Source: an uncultured Spirochaetota bacterium (GTDB lineage: Bacteria; Spirochaetota; Spirochaetia; SZUA-6; CAVTHK01). Taken from it: 64,000 nt of DNA. This document shows, piece after piece, positions 54,600 to 64,000 of the stretch. Location: positions 736,001 to 800,000 of the forward strand of contig CAVTHK010000011.1 of the NCBI GenBank assembly GCA_963734495.1, read 5' to 3'. The position numbers and the translations under genes are program-made. The notes under the pieces were generated by a model. That model searched no databases. It saw nothing but the letters and a program-made list of their open reading frames with translations, and was not told the origin of the DNA. Position 1 is the stretch's first letter, and the number at the start of each line of letters is the position of its first letter.

Positions 54600-54616
54600 G
54601 TATTACCGAGTCATAT
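54600..54616. promoter_or_regulatory. Candidate operator GTATTAC-CGA-GTCATAT within promoter
   Basis: Imperfect inverted repeat between TTGACC (54590) and TATCCT (54614). Confidence 0.45.
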
Positions 54617-54681
54617 CCTTGGGGACGAGGCTCGGGTACGCGGCCGCCCGCTGCGCCGAGCCGGGCCCGCAGGGAGGCGCG

Positions 54682-54984
54682 ATGGCTCGCAAGCCGAGGC
54701 TCGAAGTCGTCACGTTCAAGGCGGATCCCGCGCTCATGGCGGCGCTCAGGAGCATCCCCAACCGCAGCGCGTTCATCCGCGACTCGATCCTCGCCGCGCT
54801 CGAAAACATCTGCCCGCTCTGCAGCGGAGCAGGCTTCCTCAGCCCCGATCAGAAGCAGCACTGGGAGAGCTTTGCGCACGACCACAGCGTGGAGGAGTGC
54901 GACGACTGCCACGCGCTGCACCTCGTCTGCGGCGCGGGCGGCCTGGCCGGTCCGCAGGGCCGCGCGAGCGGAGCCCGCCACTGA
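54682..54984 (+). CDS. Ribbon-helix-helix (CopG-like) regulator with Cys/His-rich C-terminus
   Basis: VVTFKAD beta-strand, NRSAFIR helix, CPLC, HDH..EC..CH..H..C. Confidence 0.7.
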   Translation: MARKPRLEVVTFKADPALMAALRSIPNRSAFIRDSILAALENICPLCSGAGFLSPDQKQHWESFAHDHSVEECDDCHALHLVCGAGGLAGPQGRASGARH

Positions 54985-55736
54985 TGGCCGGCGACCCGCC
55001 CGTCCTGCTTTCGAGCGTCTCGTTCGCGTACGAGGGCACGAACGCCCTGAGCGACGTGAGCCTCGCCATCGAAGCCGGCGACACGGTGAGCGTCGTCGGC
55101 CCGAACGGCGGCGGCAAGACGACCCTGCTCAAGCTCATCCTCGGGCTGCTGCGCCCTACGCGCGGCACGGTCCGGCTCTTCGGCCGGCCGGCCGAGGAAT
55201 CGCGCAGGCGCGTCGGCTACGTTCCCCAGCAGGTGCTCTACGACCCGCAGTTTCCCATGCAGGTCGAGGACGTCGCCCTCATGGGGCGTCTCGGGAGCCG
55301 GCTGGTGGGGCCCTGGTCGCGCCGGGACCGCGGGGCTGCGTCGGCCGCGCTCGATGCCGTCGGGCTCTCGGGCCTCGAGCATCGCGCGTTCGCCGAGCTG
55401 TCCGGCGGCCAGCGCCAGCGCGTGCTGATCGCCCGCGCGCTCGCCTCCGAAGCGGAGCTCCTCCTGCTCGACGAGCCGACCTCGCACGTCGACCGGGTCG
55501 CGGAAGAGGGGCTGTACGCGCTGCTCGGCGAGCTCTCGAAGAAGCTCACCCTCGTGATCGCTTCGCACGACCTCGGGGTCGTGTGGTCTCTCACCAGCAA
55601 GGTGATATGCGTCAATGTGACAGCGAAGATACATCCCACCGCGACGCTCACCGGCGAGATGATCCAGACCCTCTACGGCCACGACGTGAGCGTGGTGCGC
55701 CATGCCGAGGAGGTCGCACGCCATGGACGGCGGTAG
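54984..55736 (+). CDS. znuC: Metal (Zn/Mn) ABC transporter ATP-binding protein
   Basis: GPNGGGKT, GYVPQ, LSGGQRQR, LLLDEP, SHD. Confidence 0.85.
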   Translation: MAGDPPVLLSSVSFAYEGTNALSDVSLAIEAGDTVSVVGPNGGGKTTLLKLILGLLRPTRGTVRLFGRPAEESRRRVGYVPQQVLYDPQFPMQVEDVALMGRLGSRLVGPWSRRDRGAASAALDAVGLSGLEHRAFAELSGGQRQRVLIARALASEAELLLLDEPTSHVDRVAEEGLYALLGELSKKLTLVIASHDLGVVWSLTSKVICVNVTAKIHPTATLTGEMIQTLYGHDVSVVRHAEEVARHGRR

Positions 55737-56587
55737 CTTCTTTTCCGACCTGCTCGCGTTCCCGTTCCTCCGCTACGCGGCGGCGGCCGGCGTGCTGTCC
55801 TCGGTCGCCTGCGGCGTGGTCGGCAGCTACGTCACGGTCAAGCGCATCGGCTACATCGCCGGCGCGATCGCCCACAGCGTGCTCGCGGGCATGGGCGCCG
55901 CGCGCTACCTGCGGGTCGTCGCGGGCTGGACCTTCCTCACGCCGGTGCACGGGGCGACCGCCGCGGCGGTGGTCGCGGCCCTCATCATCGGCGTCGTGTC
56001 GCTTCGCGGGCGCGAGCGCGTGGACACGGTCCTCGGCGCGATCTGGGCGATCGGGATGGCGGTCGGGATCCTCTTTATCCAGGCGACTCCCGGCTACAGC
56101 CAGGAGCTGATGAGCTACCTCTTCGGCAACATCCTGCTCGTCTCGCCGCAGGACCTCGCGGCCATCGCGGTGCTCGACCTCGTGGTGGTCGCGGTGGCGC
56201 TGCTCTTCTACAACAACCTGCTCGCGATCGCCTTTGACGAGGAGTTCGCCCGCCTCCGCGGCATCAGGACCGAGCGCACCTACCTTCTCCTGCTGGTGCT
56301 GACCGCCCTCACCATCGTCACCCTCGCCCAGGTCGTGGGCATCCTCATGGTGATCGCGCTGCTCACCCTGCCCGGCCGCGACGGCCTCAGGCCTGACCCG
56401 CCGGCTCTGGCAGATGGTGGCGCTCTCGATCGGCTTGAGCATCCTCTACACGACGGGCGGGCTGGCGCTGAGCTACGGCCCGAACCTTCCGGCCGGCGCC
56501 ACGATCATCCTGTTCGCCGGCGGGATCTACCTGCTGGTGATCGGAGCGCAGGCCCTCCTGCGCAGGGTCCGCCGCGCGAGTGCCTGA
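55723..56587 (+). CDS. znuB: Metal (Zn/Mn) ABC transporter permease (frameshift near 56375)
   Basis: AIAH, YLFGNIL, FDEEFA, VG..MV.ALL..P. Confidence 0.83.
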
Positions 56588-56639
56588 CGACGCGCGCCGC
56601 CTCCCCGGCCTCCGGCCCGATCCTCGGCCGCGCAGGTCC

Positions 56640-57510
56640 TGCCGGGCATCGGCTGCACGTTCACCAGGAACGGACTGGCAGGTTGAAGGCATCGACCCCC
56701 GCTGGACCGCCCGCCTGCTCCGGGGCTTCCGCGTCATCGGTGAGAGCCGCTGGCCGCCCGCGCTCTGGTTCTGCGCGGCCGCCGCGTCGTTCAATCTCGT
56801 CAGCCTCGGCTCGACGGCGATCGCGTTGCGCGTGGCCTTGCAGGCGGGCGGACGGCTTCCCGCCGTGTTCCTCGCGGGCGCCTTCACCATGATCGTCGTA
56901 CGTGCGGGCGACGCTCTACTCAGCGCCGCGCTCGCGCGGGACGCCCCCGCCGCCGCCGACGCAACGAAAAGGGGCCTGTCTCCCGGCCCCTCGCGTGGCG
57001 TGTCCGCTTCCCGCGCTCCGACAGGTGCCGCGCGACGCTGATGCCTCCCGCCTCGCAGCCGATGCGCATGATCCCCGAGGTGTAGATCGCGATCGTCGTG
57101 CGCGCCTGAGTGAACTCGGGTTCCGGCACTGTCAGCGTCTTCCAGGTCCCGGTGGTTCTCTCCGCGTACTCCGGAGAGGCAAAGGAGGCGTCATAGCAGG
57201 AGATGTGGGGCTTCCCGTTCGCGTCGAGGGCCAGGGCGCGATACAAGCCGGTGATCCCTGGCACGTCCACGCCCCCGCGCGTCAAGGTGACGACGGGCCG
57301 AGCGCCGTCGCGTAGTCCTGGTCGCCGTTGTTCCCGCCGCAGCAGGCGATCAGGACGCGGTCGTCCCGTCGTTGTAGACCGTCATCGACAGGTGCCCGCA
57401 GGTTCCCGTTCCGGTGAGGTTGGCCTTGGTGGCAAGACTGACGCCGCCGTCGGTGGGCAGCCGGTCGCGGTCGAATTTGCCCACCCGTTGTGCTATCGGG
57501 CATAATCACG
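56640..57510. pseudogene. Degraded coding remnants
   Basis: Short broken ORFs; minus-strand fragment LALDANGKPHISCYD resembles a beta-propeller repeat. Confidence 0.35.
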
Positions 57511-57578
57511 GCCTCGGCGTCGCGGCGACCGGCGGGACCGCCGCGCGCCCGCGCAAACTGACCCGGATCGGAGGCTCC

Positions 57579-59030
57579 ATGCGCACAAAGGAAGACGTCA
57601 TACGCTGGCTCAACGCCAACCAGTCACGCTTCACCGCCATGTCCGACGCGATCTGGGAGCACCCTGAGGTCGCGTGGCAGGAGTTCAGATCCAGCCGGCT
57701 GCAGGCCGACTCGCTCGCGGCCGAGGGCTTCCGCATCACCTGGGACCTCGGCGGCATCAACACCGCCTTCGTCGCCGAGTGGGGGAGCGGCCGGCCGATC
57801 CTCGGCTTCCTCGGCGAATACGACGCGCTCGCCGGGCTCTCGCAGAAGAGCCAGCCGACCGAAGAGCCGGCCGTACCCGGCGGACCCGGCCACGGCTGCG
57901 GGCACAACCTGCTCGGCACCGGCTGCCTCGCCTCCGCCGTCGCGCTCAAGGAGTGGCTCGCCGCCACCGGCTCAAAGGGCACCGTGCGCTACTACGGCTG
58001 CCCCGCGGAGGAGCAGATCAGCGGCAAGACCTTCATGGCCCGCGCGGGCGCTTTCGACGACCTGGACGCGGCGCTCAACTACCACCCCGACCGCGTCAAC
58101 ATGCCTGGCAAAGGCAGCCAGGTCGGCGTCTACGACCTCGTCTTCCGCTTCCACGGCCGCACCGCTCACGCGGGCGGCGCGCCCCACCAGGGCCGCTCCG
58201 CCCTCGACGCGGTCGAGCTCATGAACGTCGGCGTCAACTACCTCCGCGAGCACATCACCGAGAAGACGCGCATCCACTACGTGATCACCAACGGCGGGCG
58301 GCTCCCCAACGTCGTGCCCGACGAGGCCGAGGTCTGGTACTTCGTGCGCGCGCACAAGCGCCGCGAGCTCGACGACGTCGCCGGCCGCGTGCGCAGGATC
58401 GCGCACGGTGCCGCGATGATGACCGAGACCACGGTGGAGGAGCGGTTCCGCGGCGCCTGCTCCAACGTGCTGAACAACCACGCGCTCGCCGACCTCCACT
58501 ACGAGGCGATGAAGCTCGTGGGCCCGATCGCGTTCACCGCGGAGGAGAAGGCCTACGCGCAGAAGATCAACGACGCCTTTCCGCCCGAGAACGCGCGCAG
58601 CGTCTTCGAAAAGATGCAGGTCCCCCCTGAGTCAAAAATGAAGGTCGCCGCCCTGGTGGGCGAGCCCCTGCTCGGCGAGAACTTCCCGCCGTGGGACGAG
58701 CACCACATCGGCACCGGCAGCACCGACGTCGGCGACGTGAGCTGGATCACGCCGCTTTCGATGCTGCGCACCGCGTGCGCGGCCACGGGCGCCCCCGGCC
58801 ACAGCTGGGCGGTCGCGGCGACGGGAGCCACCTCCATCGGACACAAGGGGATGATGCACGCGGCCAAGGTGATGGCGCTCGCGGCGATCGACCTGGTCCA
58901 GCGGCCGGAGACGCTCGCGGCAGCCCGCCGCGAGCACGAGGAGCGCACGCGGGAGGAGCCGTACAGCTCGCCCATCCCCGCGAACGTCGAGCCGCCGCAT
59001 TTCCCGGACCCCGAGCGCGGAGGCCACTAG
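57579..59030 (+). CDS. M20 amidohydrolase, AbgB-like
   Basis: HPE, EYDAL, GHGCGHNLLG, PAEE, HP, GRSALDA, GSTDVGDVSW. Confidence 0.88.
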   Translation: MRTKEDVIRWLNANQSRFTAMSDAIWEHPEVAWQEFRSSRLQADSLAAEGFRITWDLGGINTAFVAEWGSGRPILGFLGEYDALAGLSQKSQPTEEPAVPGGPGHGCGHNLLGTGCLASAVALKEWLAATGSKGTVRYYGCPAEEQISGKTFMARAGAFDDLDAALNYHPDRVNMPGKGSQVGVYDLVFRFHGRTAHAGGAPHQGRSALDAVELMNVGVNYLREHITEKTRIHYVITNGGRLPNVVPDEAEVWYFVRAHKRRELDDVAGRVRRIAHGAAMMTETTVEERFRGACSNVLNNHALADLHYEAMKLVGPIAFTAEEKAYAQKINDAFPPENARSVFEKMQVPPESKMKVAALVGEPLLGENFPPWDEHHIGTGSTDVGDVSWITPLSMLRTACAATGAPGHSWAVAATGATSIGHKGMMHAAKVMALAAIDLVQRPETLAAARREHEERTREEPYSSPIPANVEPPHFPDPERGGH

Positions 59031-59031
59031 G

Positions 59032-59881
59032 ATGAGCAAGCAGGGAACGAAGGACGCGCCCCCCGAGGTGAGGTACTGGATGTGCCGGCCGGACCAGATC
59101 GTGGCCCGCAGGCAGGCGTGCCCCGTCGCCTACATCCCCATCGGCACCCTCGAGTGGCACGGACCGCACAACCCGGTGGGGGCCGATACGCTTCAAGCGG
59201 AGGCGCTCGCGCTCCTCTGCGCCCGCAGCGGCGGAGGCCTCGTCTTCCCGCCGCTGTACTACGGCGAAAGCCGCAGCGAGGCGCTGATGGAGGCCAACGC
59301 GGCCGATCGCGAGAAGATCGCGGCGGCCATGGCCCTGCCGCCCGACAACTTCCTGCCGGAGCGGCAGCCCTTCTCGCCTACCGAGCAGGCGCTCAACTAC
59401 CAGCGGCTGCTGCTGCACATACTGGTGGAGGCCGAGAGCCTGGGCTTCCAGCTCGGCGTGCTCGTGGCGGGCCACTACCCGCTGATCGACCACGCGCGCG
59501 CCGCGGCGCTGCTCCACAACAAGCGCGAGCACAGCCGGCGCTTCGGCCTGCTCGCGTGGGCGTGCGTCGATTACCTGTTCCTCGCCGACCGCTACGAGTT
59601 TGCCGGCGACCACGCCGCGGGCTGGGAGACCTCGCACTGCCTCGCGATCTGCCCCGAAGCCGTGGACCTGAGCCGGCTGCCTCCCGAGGGCGAGCCGCTG
59701 GTCGGCATCGGCGGCAAGCTGCCCCCGCAGCGCGCGACGGCCGAGCTCGGGCCGCAAGACGCTGGAGGAGGCGGCTGAATGCGTGGTGCGCGAGGTCGCG
59801 CACAGGCTCGCGCATCCCGACGCCTACAAGCGGCACGGGGCGAGCCTGCTCGAAGGATTGTGGAAGACGGACAAAAGCTGA
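59032..59881 (+). CDS. Creatininase-family protein (frameshift near 59752)
   Basis: PIGTLEWHGPH.P.G.D, GH, DHAAGWETS. Confidence 0.82.
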
Positions 59882-59910
59882 AGGTCAGCCGGCGGCGGCC
59901 TTCTTCAATT

Positions 59911-61173
59911 TCACGTCCCTTCCTTCCAGCTCGACATGTAGGCGACCTGCTCTTCGGTCATCCTGTCGATCCCGATGCCCATCACCTTGAGCTGGAGCGC
60001 CGCGATCGCGTCATCGACGTCCTCGGGGAGCTGGATCACCTGCACGGGCATCTTGCCGCGGTTCTTGACCCCGTACTCGCACGAGAGCGCCTGGCCGCAG
60101 AACGAGGTGGACATGACTTCGCTCGGGTGGCCCTCGGCGGCGGCGAGGTTCACGAGGCGGCCTTCGCCGAGGATAAAGAGCTTCCTGCCGCCTAACACGT
60201 ATTCGTCGAGGAAGGGCCGGACGCGGCGCGTCGAGCTCGCGGCCTTGCCCAGGGCGGCGATGTCGACCTCGACGTCGAAGTGGCCGGCGTTGGCCATGAG
60301 GGCGCCCTGCTTCATGCGCTTCATGTGCTCAAGGCGTATGACGTGCTTGTTGCCGCTCACGGTGCAGAAGATGTCGCCGATCGCGGCGGCCTCGGCCATC
60401 GGCATCACGCGGAAGCCGTCGTAGGCGGCCTGCAGCGCGCGGAACGGGTCGACCTCGCAGACGATGACGTTGGCGCCGAGGCCGCGGGCGCGCATCGAGA
60501 CGCCCTTGCCGCAGCTCCCGTAGCCCACGACGACGAAGTTCTTGCCCGCCACGAGGACGTTGGTGGCGCGGAGGATCCCGTCGAGCGTGGACTGGCCGGT
60601 GCCGTAGTAGTTGTCGACGAGGTGCTTGGTCTTGTTGTCGTTGACCGCGATCATGGGGTACTTGAGCGAGCGGTCCTTCTCCATGGCCTTGAGGCGGATG
60701 ACGCCGGTGGTCGTCTCTTCGCACCCGCAGATGATGTCGCGGATGAGCTCGGGATGGTGGGTGTGGATCTCGCTCACGAGATCGCAGCCGTCGTCGATGG
60801 TGATGTTCGGCTTCTGCGCGATGACGGAACCGAGGTAGCGGTAGTAGTCCTCACGGGTCTCGCCCTTGTAGGCCCAGACCTTGACGCCCTCCTCCGCGAG
60901 GGCGGCTGCCACGTCGTCCTGCGTGGAGAGGGGGTTGCAGCCGGTGATCGCGACGTCGGCGCCGCCGGCACGGAGCGTGCGCACGAGGATGCCGGTCTCC
61001 TTGGTCACGTGCAGCGCGAGGCCGATGCGCACCCCGGCGAGGGGCCGCTCCTTCTCGAAGCGCGCGCGCACCTGCATGAGCGCGCCCATGGCGAGCTCCG
61101 CCAGCTCCATGTTGCGCCTGCCCTGCTCGGCCAGCGCCGGGTCGCGGACCTCGAAATGCTCGCCCTTCTTCAT
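59911..61173 (-). CDS. ahcY: Adenosylhomocysteinase
   Basis: CNPLSTQD, DDGCD, EETTTG, DNYYGTG, GYGSCG, GHFD, GRLVNL..AEGHP. Confidence 0.95.
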   Translation of the reverse strand: MKKGEHFEVRDPALAEQGRRNMELAELAMGALMQVRARFEKERPLAGVRIGLALHVTKETGILVRTLRAGGADVAITGCNPLSTQDDVAAALAEEGVKVWAYKGETREDYYRYLGSVIAQKPNITIDDGCDLVSEIHTHHPELIRDIICGCEETTTGVIRLKAMEKDRSLKYPMIAVNDNKTKHLVDNYYGTGQSTLDGILRATNVLVAGKNFVVVGYGSCGKGVSMRARGLGANVIVCEVDPFRALQAAYDGFRVMPMAEAAAIGDIFCTVSGNKHVIRLEHMKRMKQGALMANAGHFDVEVDIAALGKAASSTRRVRPFLDEYVLGGRKLFILGEGRLVNLAAAEGHPSEVMSTSFCGQALSCEYGVKNRGKMPVQVIQLPEDVDDAIAALQLKVMGIGIDRMTEEQVAYMSSWKEGT

Positions 61174-61313
61174 CGCGTGCTCCTCTCTGTCGTGTGTGTC
61201 TGCGTGATGGCGAGCTTGCACCGCGCTTCGCGGCGTGGTCAAGACCGCTCGCGGCGGCTGCTTGTGGCGGCACGGGCTGCCGCGGCCGGGCGCAGCGTCA
61301 GCCAGGCGCAGCC

Positions 61314-62207
61314 TCAGCCCTTGATGGCGCCGATCATGACGCCCTTGACGAAGTATCGCTGGATGAAAGGGTAGACGGCGAGGATCGGCACCGTGGCCAC
61401 GACGATAGCCGCGTAGCGCAGCACCTCTCCGATGAGCATGCGCGAGGCGTCCTCGCCGGCGGCCTTTCCGGCCATCGCCTCGATGCTGTTCGTGATGAGG
61501 ATCTCGCGCAGGACGAGCTGCAGCGGATAGAGGTCCCGCTTGCGCAGGTACATCAGGGCGCGGAAGAACGCGTTCCAGTGATCGACGCTGTAGAACAGGA
61601 TCATGACCGCCACGACCGGCATGGCCAGCGGGAGGATGATCTGGAACAGGATCCGGGGGTCCGCGGCCCCGTCGATTTTGGCCGACTCCTCGAGGCTGTC
61701 GGGCATAGCCTCGAGGTAGGTCTTCATGACCAGCAGGTTGTAGGCCCGCACGAGGGCGGTGAGGATCAGCGCCCACAGCGAGTTCAGCAGCCCCAGGCCG
61801 CGGACGACCAGGTAGGTCGGGATGATCCCGCCGGAGAAGAACATCGTGACGCTGATGTAGAACAGGATCGCCACACGCGGCTTGAAGTACTTGCGCGAGA
61901 GGACGTAGGCGCCCATGGACGTGATCAGCACGTTGGCCGTGGTGCCGACCGTCACCAGGAACAGGGTGTTGAGGAACCCGGTGCGGATCATCGGGTTCTC
62001 CAGGGTGAGCTTGTAGCCCTCGAGCGTGAAGCCGAGGGGGTGCAGCATGATCCCACGGTAGCGGAACAGCTGCTCCGGCTCGCTCACCGACGCGTTGACC
62101 ACGTGCAGCAGCGGGTAGATCGTGACGACGCACAGCGCCAGCAGGATGAGCGTGTTGACCCAGTTGAAGGCGGCATCGGCGACGCCGGCGCGGATCCTGT
62201 TCTTCAT
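61314..62207 (-). CDS. Carbohydrate ABC transporter permease
   Basis: FSGGIIP, EESAKIDGA, YPFIQRYFVKG. Confidence 0.9.
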   Translation of the reverse strand: MKNRIRAGVADAAFNWVNTLILLALCVVTIYPLLHVVNASVSEPEQLFRYRGIMLHPLGFTLEGYKLTLENPMIRTGFLNTLFLVTVGTTANVLITSMGAYVLSRKYFKPRVAILFYISVTMFFSGGIIPTYLVVRGLGLLNSLWALILTALVRAYNLLVMKTYLEAMPDSLEESAKIDGAADPRILFQIILPLAMPVVAVMILFYSVDHWNAFFRALMYLRKRDLYPLQLVLREILITNSIEAMAGKAAGEDASRMLIGEVLRYAAIVVATVPILAVYPFIQRYFVKGVMIGAIKG

Positions 62208-62220
62208 CGCCTGCCCCCGC

Positions 62221-63159
62221 CTACCAGAGGCTCGTCTGCGTGAGCTGCCGGCTCAGCCTGTTGGCCACGAGCAGCAGCGAAAAGTTGACCACGGAGTTGA
62301 ACAGCCCCACCGCGGTGCCGTAGCTGAAGTTCATTTCCAGGAGCCCCGTGCGGTAGACAAAGGTCTGGATCACATCCGCGGTCTCGTAGTTCATCGGGTT
62401 GTACATCAGCAGGACCTTGTCGATCCCGACGTCCATCATATGGCCGACCTGAAGGAGGAACAGGATCACGATCGTCGGAAAGATGCTCGGCAGCGTGATG
62501 GAGGCGATCTTGCGGAAGCGTCCAGCCCCGTCGATCTCCGCAGCTTCATAGAGGCTGGGGTCGATGCCCGTGATGGCGGCCAGGTAGATGATAGAGTTCC
62601 ACCCGATCGTCTGCCAGATGCCCGACCCGATGTACAGAGGTCGGAACCACCGCGGGTCCGACACAAAGGCCAGGGGTTCGCGCCCGAGGGCCTTGAGGCC
62701 CTGGTTGACGAGCCCGTCGCGCGCAAAGAAGTCGATCAGCATCCCGACCACGACCACGAGCGAGATGAAGTAAGGCACATAGGTGATCGTCTGGACGGTG
62801 CGCTTGAGCCAGGGGACCTGGACCTCGTTGAGCAGGATCGCGAGGAGGATCGGCGCGGGAAAGCCGAACAAGAGCCCGAGGCCGTTGAGCATGAGCGTGT
62901 TGCGCATGATGCGCCACACGTACATGCTGTTCATGACGAAGAACTCGCGGTAGTGCGCGAGGCCGACCCACGGGCTGCGCGCGAACCCGCGCGCCGGCGC
63001 GTAGTCCTTGAATGCGATGATCAGGCCGTAGATCGGTCCGTAGTGGAAGATGGTGAAGTAGACCACCACCGGCGCGACCATGAGGTACAGATACCGGTAC
63101 TTGACCACGTGGGCCCAGGCCCTGGCCGGGCCGGAGCCCGCTGCCGCAGCCCCGCTCAT
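62221..63159 (-). CDS. Carbohydrate ABC transporter permease (LplB-like)
   Basis: IAFKDY, P.FIS, LYEAAEIDGA, TFVYR.G. Confidence 0.9.
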   Translation of the reverse strand: MSGAAAAGSGPARAWAHVVKYRYLYLMVAPVVVYFTIFHYGPIYGLIIAFKDYAPARGFARSPWVGLAHYREFFVMNSMYVWRIMRNTLMLNGLGLLFGFPAPILLAILLNEVQVPWLKRTVQTITYVPYFISLVVVVGMLIDFFARDGLVNQGLKALGREPLAFVSDPRWFRPLYIGSGIWQTIGWNSIIYLAAITGIDPSLYEAAEIDGAGRFRKIASITLPSIFPTIVILFLLQVGHMMDVGIDKVLLMYNPMNYETADVIQTFVYRTGLLEMNFSYGTAVGLFNSVVNFSLLLVANRLSRQLTQTSLW

Positions 63160-63197
63160 GCTTCCGCTCCCGCGAGCTCAGAGTACCGCATGACAAA

Positions 63198-63220
63198 GGG
63201 GGGGCGCCAGGCGCCCCCCC
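63198..63220 (-). terminator. Intercistronic stem-loop after SBP gene
   Basis: GGGGGGGCGCC-A-GGCGCCCCCCC inverted repeat. Confidence 0.5.
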
Positions 63221-63244
63221 CCTCGGCCGGAAGTCGGATTTCTC

Positions 63245-64000
63245 TTACCTCTTGGCCCACCGGTCGATGGCCGCCTGCTGGACGGCCAGCGCGTCGTCGA
63301 TCCCGAGCTTCTTGAGGTTCTCGACAAAGGCGGAGTAATTGGCGATCGGCTCCGCGCCGGTGACGAACTTTACGAACATCTCGTCCATGTAGGTGTTGAC
63401 GCGGCCCATGATCGTCGCGAGCTTCTTGCTCTCCTCCGAGGTCGGCGAAAGCCCTTCGGGAAGCGCCTTGTTGACCGCAGACTTCATCCAGATGTTGAGA
63501 GCGTCGAGCAGGACCGGATCGTCGGCCTTCTGGTACGACCATTCCCTCGACTTCACGAAGGGCCCGGAGGCCGACATCATGCCGTAGCGCGCGATGGCCT
63601 GAGCGAGGCCGAGGCCGTTCGGGTTCTTCTTGATGAGGTCGGTGAACATAGGCCGGCCGTTGACCATCGTGTAGGACTCGCCTTCCTTGCCGAAGTTGAT
63701 GAGAAGGTGTCCCTCCGGGCTGTAGAGGTAGTCGGACACCTTGATGGCCGCGTCCACCTTTTTGCTCGTGGTAGTGATGGCCGCACCGGAGGAGCTCACG
63801 ACGGCCTCGAACCACGCCGTGGGCATCGGGCCGTCCTTGCGCGCCTTGGGGAACGGAACCGCGATCATGCTGTAGCCGGGGTCGGTCTTCCTGACGAGCT
63901 GGTTGTACATGCCGAGCTGCGTCGACTGCTGGCCCGTCAGCGCGCCCACCTTGCCCTGTGTAGCCTTGACGTCGACGGCCTTGCGGTCGTTGGCCATGAA
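63245..64000 (-). CDS. Extracellular solute-binding protein (5' end beyond window)
   Basis: LplA-like C-terminus: FGKEGESY, KFVTG, FVE.LKK.G. Confidence 0.85.
   Translation of the reverse strand, partial: FMANDRKAVDVKATQGKVGALTGQQSTQLGMYNQLVRKTDPGYSMIAVPFPKARKDGPMPTAWFEAVVSSSGAAITTTSKKVDAAIKVSDYLYSPEGHLLINFGKEGESYTMVNGRPMFTDLIKKNPNGLGLAQAIARYGMMSASGPFVKSREWSYQKADDPVLLDALNIWMKSAVNKALPEGLSPTSEESKKLATIMGRVNTYMDEMFVKFVTGAEPIANYSAFVENLKKLGIDDALAVQQAAIDRWAKR

Noticed and set aside
61174-61313. SAH riboswitch upstream of ahcY
   Set aside because: The conserved GAGGAGCGYUGC / CAGGCUC elements are not found; the region looks like a plain promoter (TTGACC on the minus strand)

Overview
High-GC bacterial window, probably a free-living Spirochaetota: it has a TmpA/TmpB-like pair and 'AGG..E'-type signal peptides on a sugar-binding protein. 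It is densely coding, with about 58 genes. I found no rRNA, tRNA, CRISPR array or transposase. About 15 genes are split by single-base frameshifts, which look like long-read assembly indels rather than true pseudogenes. Contents in order: RraA/HMG-aldolase pair around a sugar ABC transporter; pepF, cutA and an HD protein; an RNA-modification island (rsmE, two Arm/Rmt-family 16S G1405 methyltransferase homologues, rsmI, divergent tgt); a heme-c/HAMP adenylate cyclase; K+-dependent membrane pyrophosphatase; nadA/nadC/nadB; a Rex-linked flavin electron-transfer module (NDH-2-DoxX fusion, polyprenyl synthase, ApbE); nrdR-nrdD-nrdG-tag; tmpAB-like genes; an orphan RibD/ADH/PTPS/GT4/MTase/CDP-alcohol transferase/flippase cluster; add; a giant E1alpha-E1beta-lipoyl-FabH fusion; an RHH-Cys regulator with znuCB; an M20 amidohydrolase, a creatininase-family gene, ahcY and a second sugar ABC transporter. 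Best candidates for new biology: (1) the 2-oxoacid dehydrogenase-lipoyl-KAS III fusion lacking an E2 catalytic domain; (2) two Rmt-like paralogues embedded among decoding-centre modification genes; (3) NDH-2-DoxX with three tandem flavinylation-like motifs next to ApbE. All family assignments come from motif recognition by eye; no database search was run.
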